A stretch of DNA of 61,445 nt, filler included, from Circinaria calcarea (taxonomy: Eukaryota): assembly GCA_051942165.1 (NCBI GenBank). It is 22 parts of 22 records of this genome, joined end to end, with 100 filler letters (N's around TTAATTAATTAA, not from the genome) between each part and the next. Parts side by side here need not be neighbours in the genome. Positions count along the whole stretch, not along the records: positions 1 to 2,711 come from JAVECS010003310.1; positions 2,812 to 5,519 come from JAVECS010003311.1; positions 5,620 to 8,326 come from JAVECS010003312.1; positions 8,427 to 11,133 come from JAVECS010003313.1; positions 11,234 to 13,939 come from JAVECS010003314.1; 17 more parts are not named here. One strand, written 5' to 3'. Below the pieces are notes generated by a model. That model made no database searches. It worked only from the letters and a program-made list of their open reading frames with translations, and was not told the origin of the DNA. The first letter of the stretch is position 1, and the number at the start of each line of letters is the position of its first letter. This document shows positions 1 to 13,377 of the stretch, piece after piece. A program made the translations under genes and the position numbers.

Positions 1-1605
1 GGCCTATGTTGAAAGTTTAGGCCTTGCCAACGCTAGGGATGTGATTAAGATGCTTAGATGGAATGATAGATACAACATCAAGTTCATGCGGCTTAGCAGC
101 GAGATGTTCCCATTTGCAAGTCACCCAGAGTATGGCTATAAACTTGCACCCTTTGCTTCTGAAGTCTTGGCAGAGGTTGGGAAAGTGGCTGCTGAATTAG
201 GTCACCGTCTGACCACTCATCCCGGCCAAGTTAGTTTATGACCCAAGAATTGAGATATCGAGGATGCTGAATTTGAATCTAGTTTACGCAGTTAGGGTCA
301 CCTCGAAAACCGGTCATTGAAAATGCCATTCGAGATCTCGATTACCATGCAGAACTACTAAGTTTACTGAAATTGCCACCGCAGGAGGACCGTGATGCTG
401 TGATGATCCTACATCTTGGCGGGGTGTTTGGGGATAAAGCAGCAACGTTGGATCGGTTTAGGGAGAACTATGCTAAACTACCCCAAGGCGTCAAGGACCG
501 GTTGGTACTAGAGAATGATGATATGAGTTGGTCAGTTCATGATCTACTACCGCTCTGTGAGGAACTAAATATTCCAATGGTACTGGATTTCCACCACCAC
601 AACATCATCTTTGACCCGGAGCAAATTCGCGAAGGGACAAAGGATATAATGGACCTGTACCCTCGTATCCTGGCGACATGGAAAAGGAAGAACATTAGAC
701 CCAAGATGCACTATTCAGAGCCCACACCAGCTGCCATAACAGGTTCGCAACGAAGAAAACACAGTCCTCGGGTTGCGACATTACCGCCATGCCCCCCTGA
801 CATGGACCTCATGATCGAAGCCAAAGATAAAGAACAAGCAGTCTTTGAGCTGATGAGAGTTTTCAAGCTGCCGGGATACGAAACCTTCAACGACATTATC
901 CCTCACGTCCGGAAAGACGACAACAAACCTATCGTCCGCCCTAAGAAGAAAGCTCCCCGCAAGAAAGCAAAGAAAGTCAAAAAGGACGAGGACGCATTGG
1001 ATGCCGCTGAGGAATTGATAGAAGCTGAAGATGAAGAAGATTTCATCCAAGAAGTCATTCCCGAAGACGATATCGGTATGGGTGGACCTGAAGGCCGTGT
1101 CTACTGGCCTCCTGGGATGGAAGACTGGCTTCGCCCCGTAAAGCGGATAGTTAAGAAAAAGGACCCGGCCGAAAAGGAAAAGGAGAAGCTCACTCCGGCT
1201 AAGAAACGGAAAGCCGCCGAGGAAGCCGCCGCATCGGCAGTCAAGATGGAAACCGAGGTACATGAAGGGAACGTGGAAGAGGGGGATAGAGTAAGGGCCC
1301 CACCGGCAAACAAGAAGGCAAAAACGGCGCCGACGGGTGGAAGGAAGAGAGCGTCGCCTGTGAAGAGGAATGGTAAGAAGAGTGCACCCGAGCCGGTGCT
1401 TTCCGAGGATGAGGAAGTCTCGGACGCTTTGCCCAACTTGTCGGAGGAGGGGGGAAGTCCGAAGCCGGTAAAGTGCAAAGTGGTAAATGGGAAAGGGAAC
1501 GCGAAAGCAAAGGCGGTACCTGCCCGGCAAAGTGCAAGAGCAAAGAAAATCAGCTATGCTGATGCTGAGGTGGATGGGGAGGAAGAAGAGGAAGAGGAGG
1601 CGTGA
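1..1605 (+). CDS. uve1: UV-damage endonuclease (UVDE/UvsE family), 5'-truncated; exons <1-229 and 283-1605
   Basis: Motifs RLSSEMFPFASH, RLTTHPGQ|FTQLGSP (GT..AG intron 230-282 restores frame), ILHLGG, RLVLENDD, VLDFHHH, KMHYSE, DLMIEAKDKEQA; Lys/Glu-rich low-complexity C-terminal tail. Confidence 0.95.
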
Positions 1606-1894
1606 AGGCGGTAGGGCCGTCAAAAGGGGGTCAGGTCTTTCTGAGATGTCTACACTCCCTCTCTCTACCATCCTACCATGCTGTGTATGTATATATATCG
1701 CCCCACATCTCTGCAAGCGTTCACATAGCATATACTCTTACTCTATAATATAAATACCAATCTCCACCCTGGTTCCCTTATATCTACATTCCCATCATCC
1801 GCCCATTCCCGTTTCCGACGACAAACCCTTTGACGCCAAATTCTCAGCCGCGCGATTCAAACCGGGGAGGTAAGCACGTACAAGGCCACCCCCT

Positions 1895-2020
1895 TTTCCC
1901 ATTTCCCATTTCCCATTTCCCATTTCCCATTTCCCATTTCCCATTTCCCATTTCCCATTTCCCATTTCCCATTTCCCATTTCCCATTTCCCATTTCCCAT
2001 TTCCCATTTCCCATTTCCCA
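1895..2020 (+). repeat. Perfect heptamer microsatellite (TTTCCCA)x18
   Basis: Read directly; it generates the spurious GNGKWEM/FPISHFP ORFs. Confidence 0.95.
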
Positions 2021-2593
2021 TTTTCCCCACAACACCACAAACTCTCAGCGTCCATACCGCCTATCGCTCGTCGATTTCACTATGGAATATCGACCTCACC
2101 CCTTCATTGTTTATGTTGGGGCGGGGAGGGTGGTTAGGTCGGTCTGCGGGTAGCACTCCTTGTCTTTTCTTTTCTTTCCTTTTCTTGTCTTGTCTTTTCT
2201 TTTCTTTCCTTTCCTTTCCTTTCCTTTCCTTTCCTTTCCTTTCCTTTCCTTTTTTAATCTTTTTTTTTCTTTGATTAGATTCGAGTGGGGAAGGGGATTC
2301 TATCAGTATGGCTGCTAGCTGTGGCATTTGATTTGGGGGTTCATGCGGGGTTAGAACGCTCCTGCTTCCGCTCTTATCGGCGTTTATAGGAAGGAAAGGA
2401 AAGGAAAGGGGGTTTGGGGGGGGGAAAGAAAAAGGTAGAGGAAAGCAGGGGAAAGCAGAAGGGATGGGAACTGGGTGGTTTGTGGGGTAGCTGAGTACGA
2501 AGTGAGGGGGGAAGGAAAGATGAGAGGTGGGAGAGAGAAAGAGAAAGAGGCGAAGGATTAGGGGTAAGGGAAGAGTTTTTTTCCGTCGATGAT

Positions 2594-2711
2594 GAAAGGA
2601 AAGGAAAGGAAAGGAAAGGAAAGGAAAGGAAAGGAAAGGAAAGGAAAGGAAAGGAAAGGAAAGGAAAGGAAAGGAAAGGAAAGGAAAGGAAAGGAAAGGA
2701 AAGGAAAGGAA
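2594..2711 (+). repeat. Pentamer microsatellite (GGAAA)n running to the contig end; a complementary (TTTCC)n tract lies at ~2195-2250
   Basis: Read directly. Confidence 0.95.
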
Positions 2712-2811
2712 NNNNNNNNNNNNNNNNNNNNNNNNNNNNNNNNNNNNNNNNNNNNTTAATTAATTAANNNNNNNNNNNNNNNNNNNNNNNNNNNNNNNNN
2801 NNNNNNNNNNN
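2712..2811. other. Artificial contig linker (44N-TTAATTAATTAA-44N). Identical linkers start at 5520, 8327, 11134, 13940, 16744, 19548, 22351, 25152, 27951, 30747, 33542, 36335, 39128, 41921, 44713, 47504, 50295, 53085, 55874 and 58661
   Basis: Identical 100-nt spacer with stops in all six frames every ~2.8 kb; genes are cut at the linkers; contig lengths decrease along the window. Confidence 0.99.
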
Positions 2812-5245
2812 CCCCCCCCTTCCTCTTCCGGGGCAACTCTCCCCTGACTTTTGACTCTCCCTTGACTTTTGTTTGACTCTCCCTTGATTTTTGTTTGACT
2901 CCCCCTTGACCCTCCAACGTCTCAGCCAGGCAAACTTCTACTTATCTACTCCTCCCCCTCCTTTCCTCTCCGCTTAAATGCTAATCAATGACGAAACACG
3001 GGGACGAACTCCAGAGACGAAACACGGAGTCCCGAGTCCCCGGGTTGGTGTTTTTCTTAATCTTTACCTTTTACCTTTTTCCCCAGGGAAGAGTGGGAAG
3101 GGGGAAGGGGGGTTTGGTAATTTCTTCGAGATCGTAGAGATCGCAGAGATCGTAGAGATCGAAAAGACCGCAGAGATCGTAGAGATCGGAAAAACCGTTC
3201 CTGAGTGTTTTATTTCCTTTGGGGGGGGGGTTTGATTTAGTGTGTTGTGGTGACTGGTAACTGGTGAATTCGTCACAAATGGGAGGAAAAGGGAAGGAGG
3301 GTTAGTGTGATTTGTGAAAGGGGGATTTTGATGGAAAAAGGCGAGGGGCAGAAGAAGAAGAAGAAGAAGAAGAAGAAGGAAAAGAGTCGACTGTTTTTTT
3401 TGTGTGTCGAGAAGGGGGTGGTGTCGGCCGGCGGATTGTGTCGTTTTTTATTGTTCAGGTACATGAAGCCAGTTACCCCCATATCCTTGACCTGTTCGAG
3501 ATCTCGGTGCTCATGGATTTCCTTCACGCCAGATAGAGGTCCTCCGAAACCAAAGTAAAATAAAATTAGACACTAGTCTCGTCCCGGAAAATCTAAAGCG
3601 TTTTGTGGTGAGGAGGAGGACCAACCATCATTATCTTCACCTCCAAAACCGGAACCCTGACTTCGACGGAGAACCGTCGGCGGTATCCCTTGGTCTATTT
3701 TGTTTCCAGCTGACGAAAGAGCGTCCAAAGGGAATCCTGTGGTGGGAGCCCAGCCGACGGCGTTTCATGGTGGAGGTGGACATGATGGTAGTGCAAGCCG
3801 TAAATCGTACCCTCTCGAGCGCTCGACCTCCCCCTTTTCCTTTATAACAAGGTCGTTGTAAATTCTTAAGGACCCATTCCTGAGGCAGCGGAGTCGGCAT
3901 GGAGCTGAGAGCAGTGGCAGCAGTGAAAATGGGTTGGGAATTTCTTTTCAAAGAATCGATAGTGAGGATCCTCCGTTCCTCTAGCTGAGGAGCACGTAAA
4001 GCGTTCCAGTATTGGGTCCCGAGAGTTTCACTCAAAGAACGACTGCGGAGAGTAAGGCTAGATGCAGAACTGAGGGGATAAATATTGGTTATTTGTCATA
4101 TCACTTTGCGAGGAAGCTTCTAAAGTTCCAAGCGTGGTGCTCTAGGCTCTCGTGCCAGATGCTTGGGGAGAAACTTTTATAGTAAGGAGAAGATCTGTGA
4201 GAAATTTATCTTGCAGAGAGTGAGGGCGTGTGTTCAGCCTCGACGAATATTCGTTTGGCATGAGGTTGAATTGTGGTTGTGAAGCCATCTGCCCCCGCCC
4301 CCTTCCTCCTCCTCATAAAAGGTACCACCGGTATTACACAGCGACCTACTAATCCTCATCCCCACCACTCCCAAATTCAAACATGACGAACCATTGACCC
4401 TATTCCATCATCCATCATCCATCCCCAAGCCTATAATTGCAAAAACCCCTAGTTTGCTTCATTTAGAGCAAGCCAATAAACGCACGAAAGACCCGCCTTC
4501 TACCCATCCCAAACACATTGCCTGAAAAAGAACCGATTTTTGATCAAAAACATAGAACGTATTTCCCCCATAAAAGCAACCGACCTCAAAACAAAATGGA
4601 CCAGTCAAGTCAAAACATAGGTAGATTTCCTGCTGTACCTTATCCCGTAGTCCGTACTCCATATCCCATTCGAGATAAATCCCCTTTTGCTCATCTGCTC
4701 ATCTACTCAACTTTCCACTCCACCACCTTTCTTTCCCGCACACACAAAAACCCCGGAGTCCGGTTGAGAACTCCACTTCATTCAGCCCCTGCTGCCAGAA
4801 AGCAAAAGCAAAAAGCCCGTGGTTGGGTAATACAGATTAGTTTTCGCATCTGAATCTCTCTCTCTCTCTTCTTTCTTTGGTGTGAAAGAAATGGTTGTGG
4901 AATGGCCTCGGAGGTACAGTAGGTAAACCGAGAGAAAGAGAAAGGTCTTCGGGGTACTATTTCCTGGGTATACATACATGGATGAATGTCCTATTTTGCA
5001 GCCGGAGAGGAAATTATAAGCGGTTTGCGTCAAAGGTAAAGAACTCGGGTGGATGGAAGATGGGAGATGAAAATTATCATTGGGGGGGAGGTAGCTGCGG
5101 AAGAATATGTACAGGACAGCCTTATCGGAACTATCTCACAAATGCACCCAACATCAGCCATCATAACGCGGTGAAGAAACACCAAAGATGGCTGGCTTCT
5201 TCCCCACATTGTGCAGCCGTCTATGCTAAAACAGTCCCCGTCAAT

Positions 5246-5519
5246 CTAATCGAAACTATACCTCAACCACTCGCCCACCGCCCTCAGACTCTCCCATCGG
5301 ACCTGCTCATCCGCATCCGCCATCAATGCCATGACCCGCTCCTTGATGCCCAATTTCTCCAACAGTCCCCGCTTGTCTGGAGATGCCTTGACCAGCCATC
5401 CGACATCGTTGCATGCAATAGCTAGTACTTGCTTGTCGTTTTCCCAGCTCTTGCCGAGGATCTCTGCGAGCTTCTTGGGGAGCTCGGACCTGTTCTCCGT
5501 TATGATCTTGGAGGCATTC
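5246..5519 (-). CDS. VMA13: V-type ATPase V1 subunit H, C-terminal fragment (not in the ORF track)
   Basis: Manual translation NASKIITENRSELPKKLAEILGKSWENDKQVLAIACNDVGWLVKASPDKRGLLEKLGIKERVMALMADADEQVRWESLRAVGEWLRYSFD*; LAIACNDVG and VRWESLRAVGEWL are typical of the fungal subunit H C-terminal domain. Confidence 0.9.
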
Positions 5520-7963
5520 NNNNNNNNNNNNNNNNNNNNNNNNNNNNNNNNNNNNNNNNNNNNTTAATTAATTAANNNNNNNNNNNNNNNNNNNNNNNNN
5601 NNNNNNNNNNNNNNNNNNNATTTGTACGGGGGCGGGGCTTGGGTGGTCAGTGGAAGTTGAGGGTTTTGGATAGACGCGGATGTTTTTGCTAGCGAGGTGG
5701 GTAGAGAGCCGCTGTTATAAAGTTCTCTCTTCTTTTGGGGAGGGGGAGCGTTGGGAGTGGGAAGGGGAGAGAGAAGGGGTTGCTCGCAGCCGTGGGTTTT
5801 ACAGGCTTGGGCGAATGGCGTCTTGGATTTACATCTTTCTCTGTCGACATTGGCTACTTGGAGTGTTGTAGCATACTAATTCTGTTGGGGGGTATCGGTT
5901 GGGGTCTAGCCTTGCATATTGGTAATGGAGACTGGAGGTCCTTGGTCCCGACACTGCTGTTTTTTCGTGGGGAAGCTGGGTTTTGTGATTTTCGGGAGAT
6001 GTATCTTATATATCATCTTAGCATTGATTGTCAAACTGTCATTGTGTGCTGCTGCAAAGCTGTATTTCTTCCGAGCGGGTTGAACAGTGTGGTTTGATTC
6101 GGGTGTATGGAGCTCTTTGGTGCCTCCGACCCGAGCCACAGCTGCACCTTCTTCAAGTACTGGAACGTATAGCTTCCCCGGTTCTGGGGGATCGTTGCCT
6201 TCTTAGAATACGGACTGTTTTGGCAGTAGTGACTGAGTCGACATGGACTCGAGTACCTCGAAATGGGGGACCTGTCGGTTTCGAAAGCAACCCAGACTGC
6301 TCCTATATCTACCTCTTATCCCTTCCAAGAAACTTTGGCCAAACTGTACAGTTAATCGCAGTGCTACTCAGAATCTTATTTCTCTATTGTGGGGTGTAGC
6401 TCTCTCCCGTTTTATCGAGTATAACTCCCTGGCAGGCATACTTCAATCAGCATTGTCATCTTATCAGGGCGGCTTCTATTGGCAGTTTCAGCACGCAACA
6501 ATGACACCTCTATTCCCTCTTTGCACGTCTAGGGGATATTATTCGCCCTTGATGGAGCTCGATCCCTTGCGTAGTGGCTACAGCAACCTCATTCCGACAT
6601 ACATTACCTACACCGGTGTTCAGACGTCCCGCTCGGGATCTAGTCACCCATCTCGCTCAAGATCTTCAGGCACATTAACGGAGTCAACCGCAAACGAGAT
6701 GGAGCGCAGCCCATTCAGGGAGCGGTTTGAAATCATCCAAATACCCACAGAACGCTATCACTTCTGTTATGCTGTACCCGTTCCTCTTCCTCGCCGTACT
6801 TCAGGAGCAATCACCAGGGCGAGTGGAGAATTAAGTCTTCCGGCCACTATCCCAATCGTTTGGCGGAATGTTTTCGTGCGCTGCTACCGTTGGGGTCGAT
6901 GGATCGTTCGGCTACTTGCCGAGGCCCTGAAACAGCACAGGTGCAGATGAATGGTCCCAGCTCACATGGCTGGCCGGATCCCTGGGAAGGGCGTAGAAAT
7001 GCCTTGGGTTCTGTTGTTCGCATGCAAAAGGCGTGAGCTGAAGTCGAGTATGCTACACCACACCCACAGCACTGGACGGCCACGAGATTGAGGGGCGGCA
7101 ACGTGCCGACGAGCTAGCGAGAGCGTTCTCTCCGAAAGAAGGTAAAATAAGCCAAGGTTGTTTGAGAAGGCTGACTATGGATTTGTCTCGCTTGAGTTCC
7201 GAAACTTCAGACAACCAGATTTGATTTCCTGTGAACCCCTAATTAAAATAACAACGAATCCCGCCCACGGGCATCAAGCAGACCAGTAGAATCCTCAAAC
7301 GCGACTTGTCTTCCTTTTCCCCCTTTGCCCTCGACGCAATGTTTATAGGTAAGATCACGTGCGGTAGCAATTCAGCGTGTGGAATAGCTGCTGCACAGCC
7401 TCCGTCCTCGTCAGCGCCTCCGACAAATCAGCCCTGTTCCAGGATACTGTAATCGATCGGACCATACCCTTCTGGACATTCGGACTACTACCACCCGGGC
7501 CTAGTCTACCCTACCCCAGTACTTTGGACCCCTACTAAGGTCAACCGTACCATAGTAGTACCTGTGGTTACGCGGCATCTGCATGGCCTTACGACGCCAT
7601 GACCCGAGAGCGGCCTCGATGCCACCCATCTCCCTCCCACTGTTGCATCTCCAGCCAATCAGAGCTGCCTGTCAATGTTCCATCGTAACAAATAGATGGC
7701 GCCGCCGCTGTGCTGTGCAGGCGTCACTCGAGGTATCACCTCGTGCTCTTGGCCGGCGGGAGGCGTGAGGCCAAGAGGGATCGATTCACTTCATGATATG
7801 ATAAGTCGTGCTGAAGGCTCGCTCTCTCTCTCATTCATCCTCTCTCTCCCTCTGTCATCTCCACTTCACCGCTGCACATCTATCCGTGGTCAATTGGAGC
7901 GCGTCCCCGGGTACATCATTTGAACTGTTGCCCAAACCTTTGACCGGAATTATTCCCTTCACC

Positions 7964-8326
7964 ATGTCGAAAGCGCGATTTGCTCTTTGGGTGGCAGCGG
8001 CTACCCTTTCTCTTACTGCCGTTGCAGATGCCTCCCCCAAAGTCTTCGGCCTAGATTTCAAACGGGAAATAAGTAGGGATCCGGTCTACACCAGTCGGAA
8101 ACAACGTCGCCAAAATACTGTTTCGGTCGACCTCAGCAACGAGCAGCTTCTCTATATTGTCAACATCACCATCGGCAGTAACAACCAACCCTTTGCCCTC
8201 CAACTCGATACCGGCAGTAGCGACATATGGGTCCCTTCTATCACCAGTGACGTTTGTCAGATTAGAAACTGTAGCCTGTCCGGCCAGTTCGACGCGTCCG
8301 CGTCTTCCTCCTTTATTGATATAGCT
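7964..8326 (+). CDS. Secreted pepsin-like (A1, yapsin/OpsB-like) aspartic protease, 3'-truncated
   Basis: Signal peptide MSKARFALWVAAATLSLTAVA, propeptide ending KQRR, then YIVNITIGS..QPFALQLDTGSSDIWV with the first catalytic DTG. Confidence 0.9.
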
Positions 8327-8426
8327 NNNNNNNNNNNNNNNNNNNNNNNNNNNNNNNNNNNNNNNNNNNNTTAATTAATTAANNNNNNNNNNNNNNNNNN
8401 NNNNNNNNNNNNNNNNNNNNNNNNNN

Positions 8427-11133
8427 GGTGGCTGGCAAAATTGAGTTGTCGCGAAGTCTTGGGTCAATGTTGAAGAGAGAATCAGAGATAACGGACGATG
8501 CTGGCGTATTGATATCAAGATCAACACCCTGAGAGTGCCAGTCTGTTTCTGGAGGCTTGGAGCTTGCGGAATATGCAGAGCTGGCTGAATGAGGAGAGCA
8601 GCTTCGAATGCCATCGCTTTGCTCCTTCGGTTCAGTTAGGCCAGCCGGATAGACTAGACCAGCAGGTTCAAGCGCGAGCATGTCCTTTATCTCGTTGGCG
8701 CATCTGGAGGGAAATTTTTCCTCGATGGAGGCATAGCGGTGTTTTGGCTCGACGCTTGGGTACAGATCGGGTTCAGCATCCATCTTCGATCGAGGAGTGC
8801 AGCGGCGCTTTTTCGCCGTATCAACTTTGATTCGATCAACGCAGTGAACATCTTGGCAGTGAAACTGAAAATCTTGAGTCGAGTCGAAAGATAGGGCACA
8901 TCGCTGATCGGGACATAAAATTGCCTCGTTTTCACACAGCTTCTGAGATTGGTTGTACTTCTCCTCCAGCCGTAAAAAATGTCCCTGTAGATGCTCTCTC
9001 CAGCACTGCTTCACTAAGAATTGACGGAATCGTCTCGTGGCCGGCAGAGTCGAATCAAATAGACAGAAGAGACATTGTCCCGCAGTAGCGAGGGTCCGAC
9101 GGAAGACAACAGGATTACATTGAACCGGAAGCGTCTCCAGATCGTCAAGGTGGCGTTGACAGTGCTCGTGCCATACAGCCCCAGCTGTGATCCATTCGTC
9201 ACACTGGAAGCAAAGCTCAGCAAAGCCATGTTTATCTTCAAGATATATCTTGTAGCACCGATGAACATGATCCCACCTGTGGGCAATCTTTATACTGTAG
9301 ATATACTGTTAGCCGGTCTACATTGAATGACGGGGACATGATAAACAAACCGATCCATATCCTGCGCACACTTTGACACAGGGCAATGACCGTGCTGGGG
9401 CCGCAAGCTCGGACGGTAGGCAACTTGGGGGTTCTCTTTGCATAGCGTGATCATGTCCTGAAGTGCTGTGCGGCCTTCCACGCTGCGGAGAGGAGCATTG
9501 AGAAAGAGTAAAGATGCCAGCCGATCGCGCGGTGGGTCTAGACGACGGATGCGATTAAAGTAGCTTGGTAGATTTGCGACTTGGGGTGCCTCATCTTCTG
9601 TGTCTGAGGTGATCTTGCGTGGTTGAATCTGCTGCCACTTGTTAAGCTCCTCAGACACAAGCTGTCGTTTTCGCCAATATAGTTCTTCCCTCCTAGCTCG
9701 ATCGGGCTGGCTTTCGTCCTTTACAGGAATTTGTGTGAGCTTCTCCTTAAGAGCGTCGATCTCCTGGCTGATCGCTATAAAATCGGCACGCATTTCCAGG
9801 TCGGCCTCGACTTTTGCCGGTAGCGATTGCAACATCTGCGGGTGACAATGGAGCGATAGGCCGCGGAATCCCTCAAGGTGAACAGTGCGTCGCTTACGAT
9901 TCCAATAGCTCGAGATTCCGTCAACAGTACTCAGCTGAGGCATATACGAGCCAAAGAAAGTATCGGCATGATTATGGCCAGCGAATTTCATCCTCTCAGC
10001 GGCTGAGTAGCCGTTATCTTTATCAATGTCAGCACTTACGACTCAACCTGTTTCGCATTCGAGGGTGTACCATCTGCTCGGACGAGAACTTCCGCCCTGA
10101 TATCATGTATACCGATGTTCTCTTGGTACCCCGCACGATGACCCAGGGCTACAGTCCGATTACTGAACGGAACCGCCTTTTGAATTTTTCCAGTAGGCCC
10201 ATTCGGAGTTATACTCTGAAAGAATGGTATATCAAGCATTTCCTTCTTAATTCGAATATAGTGCAAAGATCCGTCTCCCGGTGGCGGAATTGCTTCGATC
10301 TCTTCAAAAGTACCGTAGTCCTGGAAAGCTTCATCGGCAAGGGCGATTGCCAACAAGGGCAGCACCGGATTTGCAAATAAAGGTTCCATGTCTTCGTACA
10401 TCCCATGCTTTGGCCTAAGAAGAGACGACCGAACGGTTAGCAAAGGCTATTCTTATATGAGATAGCGAGGTTCTAAGATGAGAAGATAACCTTTTGTGGG
10501 GCGTATTCGTGAAGCCTTTGGCGTCTCTTGTGACACGGATCGCGATCTCAGCCTTCCCATTCTCATTCTTAAAAACAACGAAGTCGATGTGCTACTCTCA
10601 ACCATTAGCATAGTTCGTGATAATTCTACGACTCGACTATGCCGTGAAAGTAAGGTTGCTTACCTTGTACCATAGCCCACGACCGGAGCCCCGGCGCATA
10701 TTGGATTCGAAATACTCGCCAACCCTGGCGGAAGTGTAGATGAATAATAAGTATGCTGCGAAATCCTGTACTAATGTTCGTGGATGCTTGTATTGATGCC
10801 AATCCTTCTTCCATATATGTTTCATCAGAATGACAAAATGCTGCACCGTCATATAATGCCGAGTTCGCCGATCGATTGATAGATTGAACTTTTTGCGCAG
10901 CTCAGTTTCTATGTACTGAGAGGACTATTAGATCTTGCGTCTGCAACAAGGAGAGAGTAAAACAGAGGCTAGGGGACTTACGAAGTAGATAGATTCTGAA
11001 GTTTCGGATAAAATCTTCATATTGCCGGGCCGTCGTTTCCAACCAGCTCCGAAATCTGTCCACTTCTGAAGCATCGTGTTTAAAGACGGACTTTTCTTGC
11101 CAGCAGAACAGCCGCGGACAACACCCTCAATAA
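8427..11133 (-). mobile_element. DUF3435-type tyrosine recombinase (Starship captain-like) with a Cys/His-rich C-terminus; multi-exon, truncated at both contig ends
   Basis: Spliced translation across 5 GT..AG introns gives YTSARVGEYFES (R), TRDAKG (K), NPVLPLLAIALADEAF, LGHRAGY..IHDIRAE (HxxR), MKFAGH (H), FFGSYM (Y), then CFQCDEW..WHEHC..H and CPDQRCALSFDSTQDFQFHCQDVHC. I found no internal stops in the spliced frame. Confidence 0.85.
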
Positions 11134-11532
11134 NNNNNNNNNNNNNNNNNNNNNNNNNNNNNNNNNNNNNNNNNNNNTTAATTAATTAANNNNNNNNNNN
11201 NNNNNNNNNNNNNNNNNNNNNNNNNNNNNNNNNGGAGAGGTAATGGGAATTGGGATAGAGGTGGGGGTGGAGAAGATTGGGCTGGATGCGATAGGGGGTG
11301 GGGTAGTAAGGGTGGGGTCGGTGAGGGCGGATGGAAACGGGGATGAGGAAGGAGAAAGTGGCGGGGGGAGTGAAGAGGAGAGCGTGGGATTTTGAACTTG
11401 GAGAAATTGGACATTGGCAACTGTGAAGAAATCATGTCCATCAGATAGTTTTCTGTATTAGGGAAACGGACTGAACCTGATGTATACCAAACGCCTGTAC
11501 AGTACGCTGTGAGCATCATAAATAGCGTGGCA

Positions 11533-12707
11533 TCACCCTCGCCGTACAATTCTGACTCCACTGTCAGGAAAATGCCGCTCGATCTCCTCAGTCTCGCTAT
11601 CCCCTTCCTCGTCTCCAGCATCGTCCACCAGACTTGGCGCTTCTCGCGCCCTAGACTCTTCCTCCCAATCCTTCCTCTCTTTCTCGTCAAACTCCTCTTT
11701 TCTATCCAACCACCTCTCCTGCACATCCCTTACATCCATCACCTTCATTCCACTTCTCATCGCAACCTGCCATACTGTATCGTTCGCCCCCTCTGCACCT
11801 CCAAATGCATACCCGCCTGCACGGTCGATGGCGTGCAGGAGAGTCATCATACTCTTTTTGTCTTCGACAGCTAGTGTTTCAAAGCTGACGAGGCCGAAAT
11901 CTTCGACTAATTCGATAATGGCTTTGTTTAGGCCTTCAAATTTGGAATTCGCCACAATACCGGATTCTTGTTCCATATATGGGAGAAGGTAGGAGAGATC
12001 ATGAACTTCGGTGTAGAAGTCAAGATTGAAAGGCAAGGGCGTGTACGTAGAGAGCTTGTCGATCTTCGTGAGGACGTTGAGGTGGGGGAGATCCATCTGT
12101 AGCATGGCGCGAAGGGAGAGTAACAGTGTTGAGATGTATATGGATGGTAGTGTCAGGCTGTACGAGTCTGTCAAGTGCAGTGCAACTAGCTACTGAGAAC
12201 ATTCGATTAGTGAAATACTCAATGAAAAACAGTACGGGGAGAGGGTGGGAGCAGACTCTGTACCCAAGCTTCTGTATCCGGAAGAAAATATTCCGCAACG
12301 ACGAATGGTGCGTAAATAATTCCACCTGGCCAGGGCAGTCAAAGAGTACATAATCCTCTATAGGGTCATCTCCATCAGCTTTCCACCCTGCACGACATCC
12401 TCGATTATGTCTTCCTACCTCCAAGCCCCTTCAACCCATTCTCTAGCCACTCCCAATTATGTTCTAGCTCTTCAAGCGCGTACAATACTGCTCCATTTGG
12501 TCCTAGCTCAAGTTCTTCCATGGTTTCTTCTATGGTTACAAGCTCCCGAACATCAAGTGCACATGGGTAGGATGTATGGTCGTTTGCGGGATCGAGGTTG
12601 ACGACGGAGCATTTGCGCCCGATTGAGGAGAGGAATTGATGCATGCCATCGCAATAGGTTGATTTACCTGAGCCGGGAGGCCCTATCACCAGCTGTGCGA
12701 ATGGCAT
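11533..12707 (-). CDS. GPN2: GPN-loop GTPase 2; exons 12707-12419, 12357-12257, 12189-11533
   Basis: GPPGSGKSTYC, VNLDPAN, LGPNG (GPN loop), FDCPGQVELFTHH, DLPHLNVLTKID, IDRAGGY; canonical introns join the three ORF pieces in frame. Confidence 0.92.
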
Positions 12708-13377
12708 CTTCGATGTGACGATATGTTTGAAAGTACGTAAGAAGCCTGCACTGTATGTCGTATTGATTAGGAAGCGATAAGCCCTACAGCACTAAGCCTT
12801 GTAGAAACAACTGCACTAGCTGGCAGTCCCAAGTACTCACGTACTGTACGGAGTAAGCAAAAATGTGTTTCTGTCAGCCACCGCGCCGCCATCAAAACAT
12901 CAGGGAAACATGGCAGGTCAACTACCCATGTGCGTCACCAAATCGCCCAGACTCAATCGACCCCATTGTTCTTGCCTTCTCTAAGCATCCCCACAGACCA
13001 CTATCTTTGTGATTGGCCACGCGCAAGCAACTTAGAATGGATAGAGATTCAGCTTGCTTGTTTGCATACTCGCCCTGTCGACACACAATAGGACCAGGGG
13101 GCGTGTATGTTAACTACGTTAGAATCGTGGCGAAATCGTCGATAAGGGTTCATTATGGAGGCCAAGCGTAGGAGTGATACTTAGTACTGAGAACTAAGAG
13201 GATACACCGAAATAAATGTAGGGTTAGCTATGATTGCCATGCTATTTTGACCGGCTATAGGTACTGCACTGAAAATTCTTACTTCCGTAGCTTCCTTCAC
13301 AATATGTAATGCAACCCTCTTCCGAATGCCAGCACCAACCCCATCAGTTATCATCAGTTGTCATGAAAACCCCAACG

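Noticed and set aside
781..1731. Long antisense ORFs over uve1 (similar ones over MCM3, ELMO, the SDR and the 21467 gene)
   Set aside because: Shadow frames of real genes.
1795..2327. ORFs with GNGKWEM, FPISHFP and KGKER repeats; heptamer considered as a telomere
   Set aside because: They are translations of microsatellites. TTTCCCA is not the TTAGGG telomere repeat and is internal to the contig.
2836..3190. Short tandem motifs (GACTCTCCCTTGACTTTTG; GAGATCGTA/GAGATCGCA) considered as CRISPR-like
   Set aside because: No unique spacers and a eukaryotic context; ordinary minisatellites.
3273..4260. Several minus-strand ORFs of 80-130 aa
   Set aside because: No recognisable motif or consistent splice pattern; possibly a decayed gene but unsupported.
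6243..6950. 235-aa ORF upstream of the aspartic protease
   Set aside because: No domain signature or convincing composition; cannot be supported without a search.
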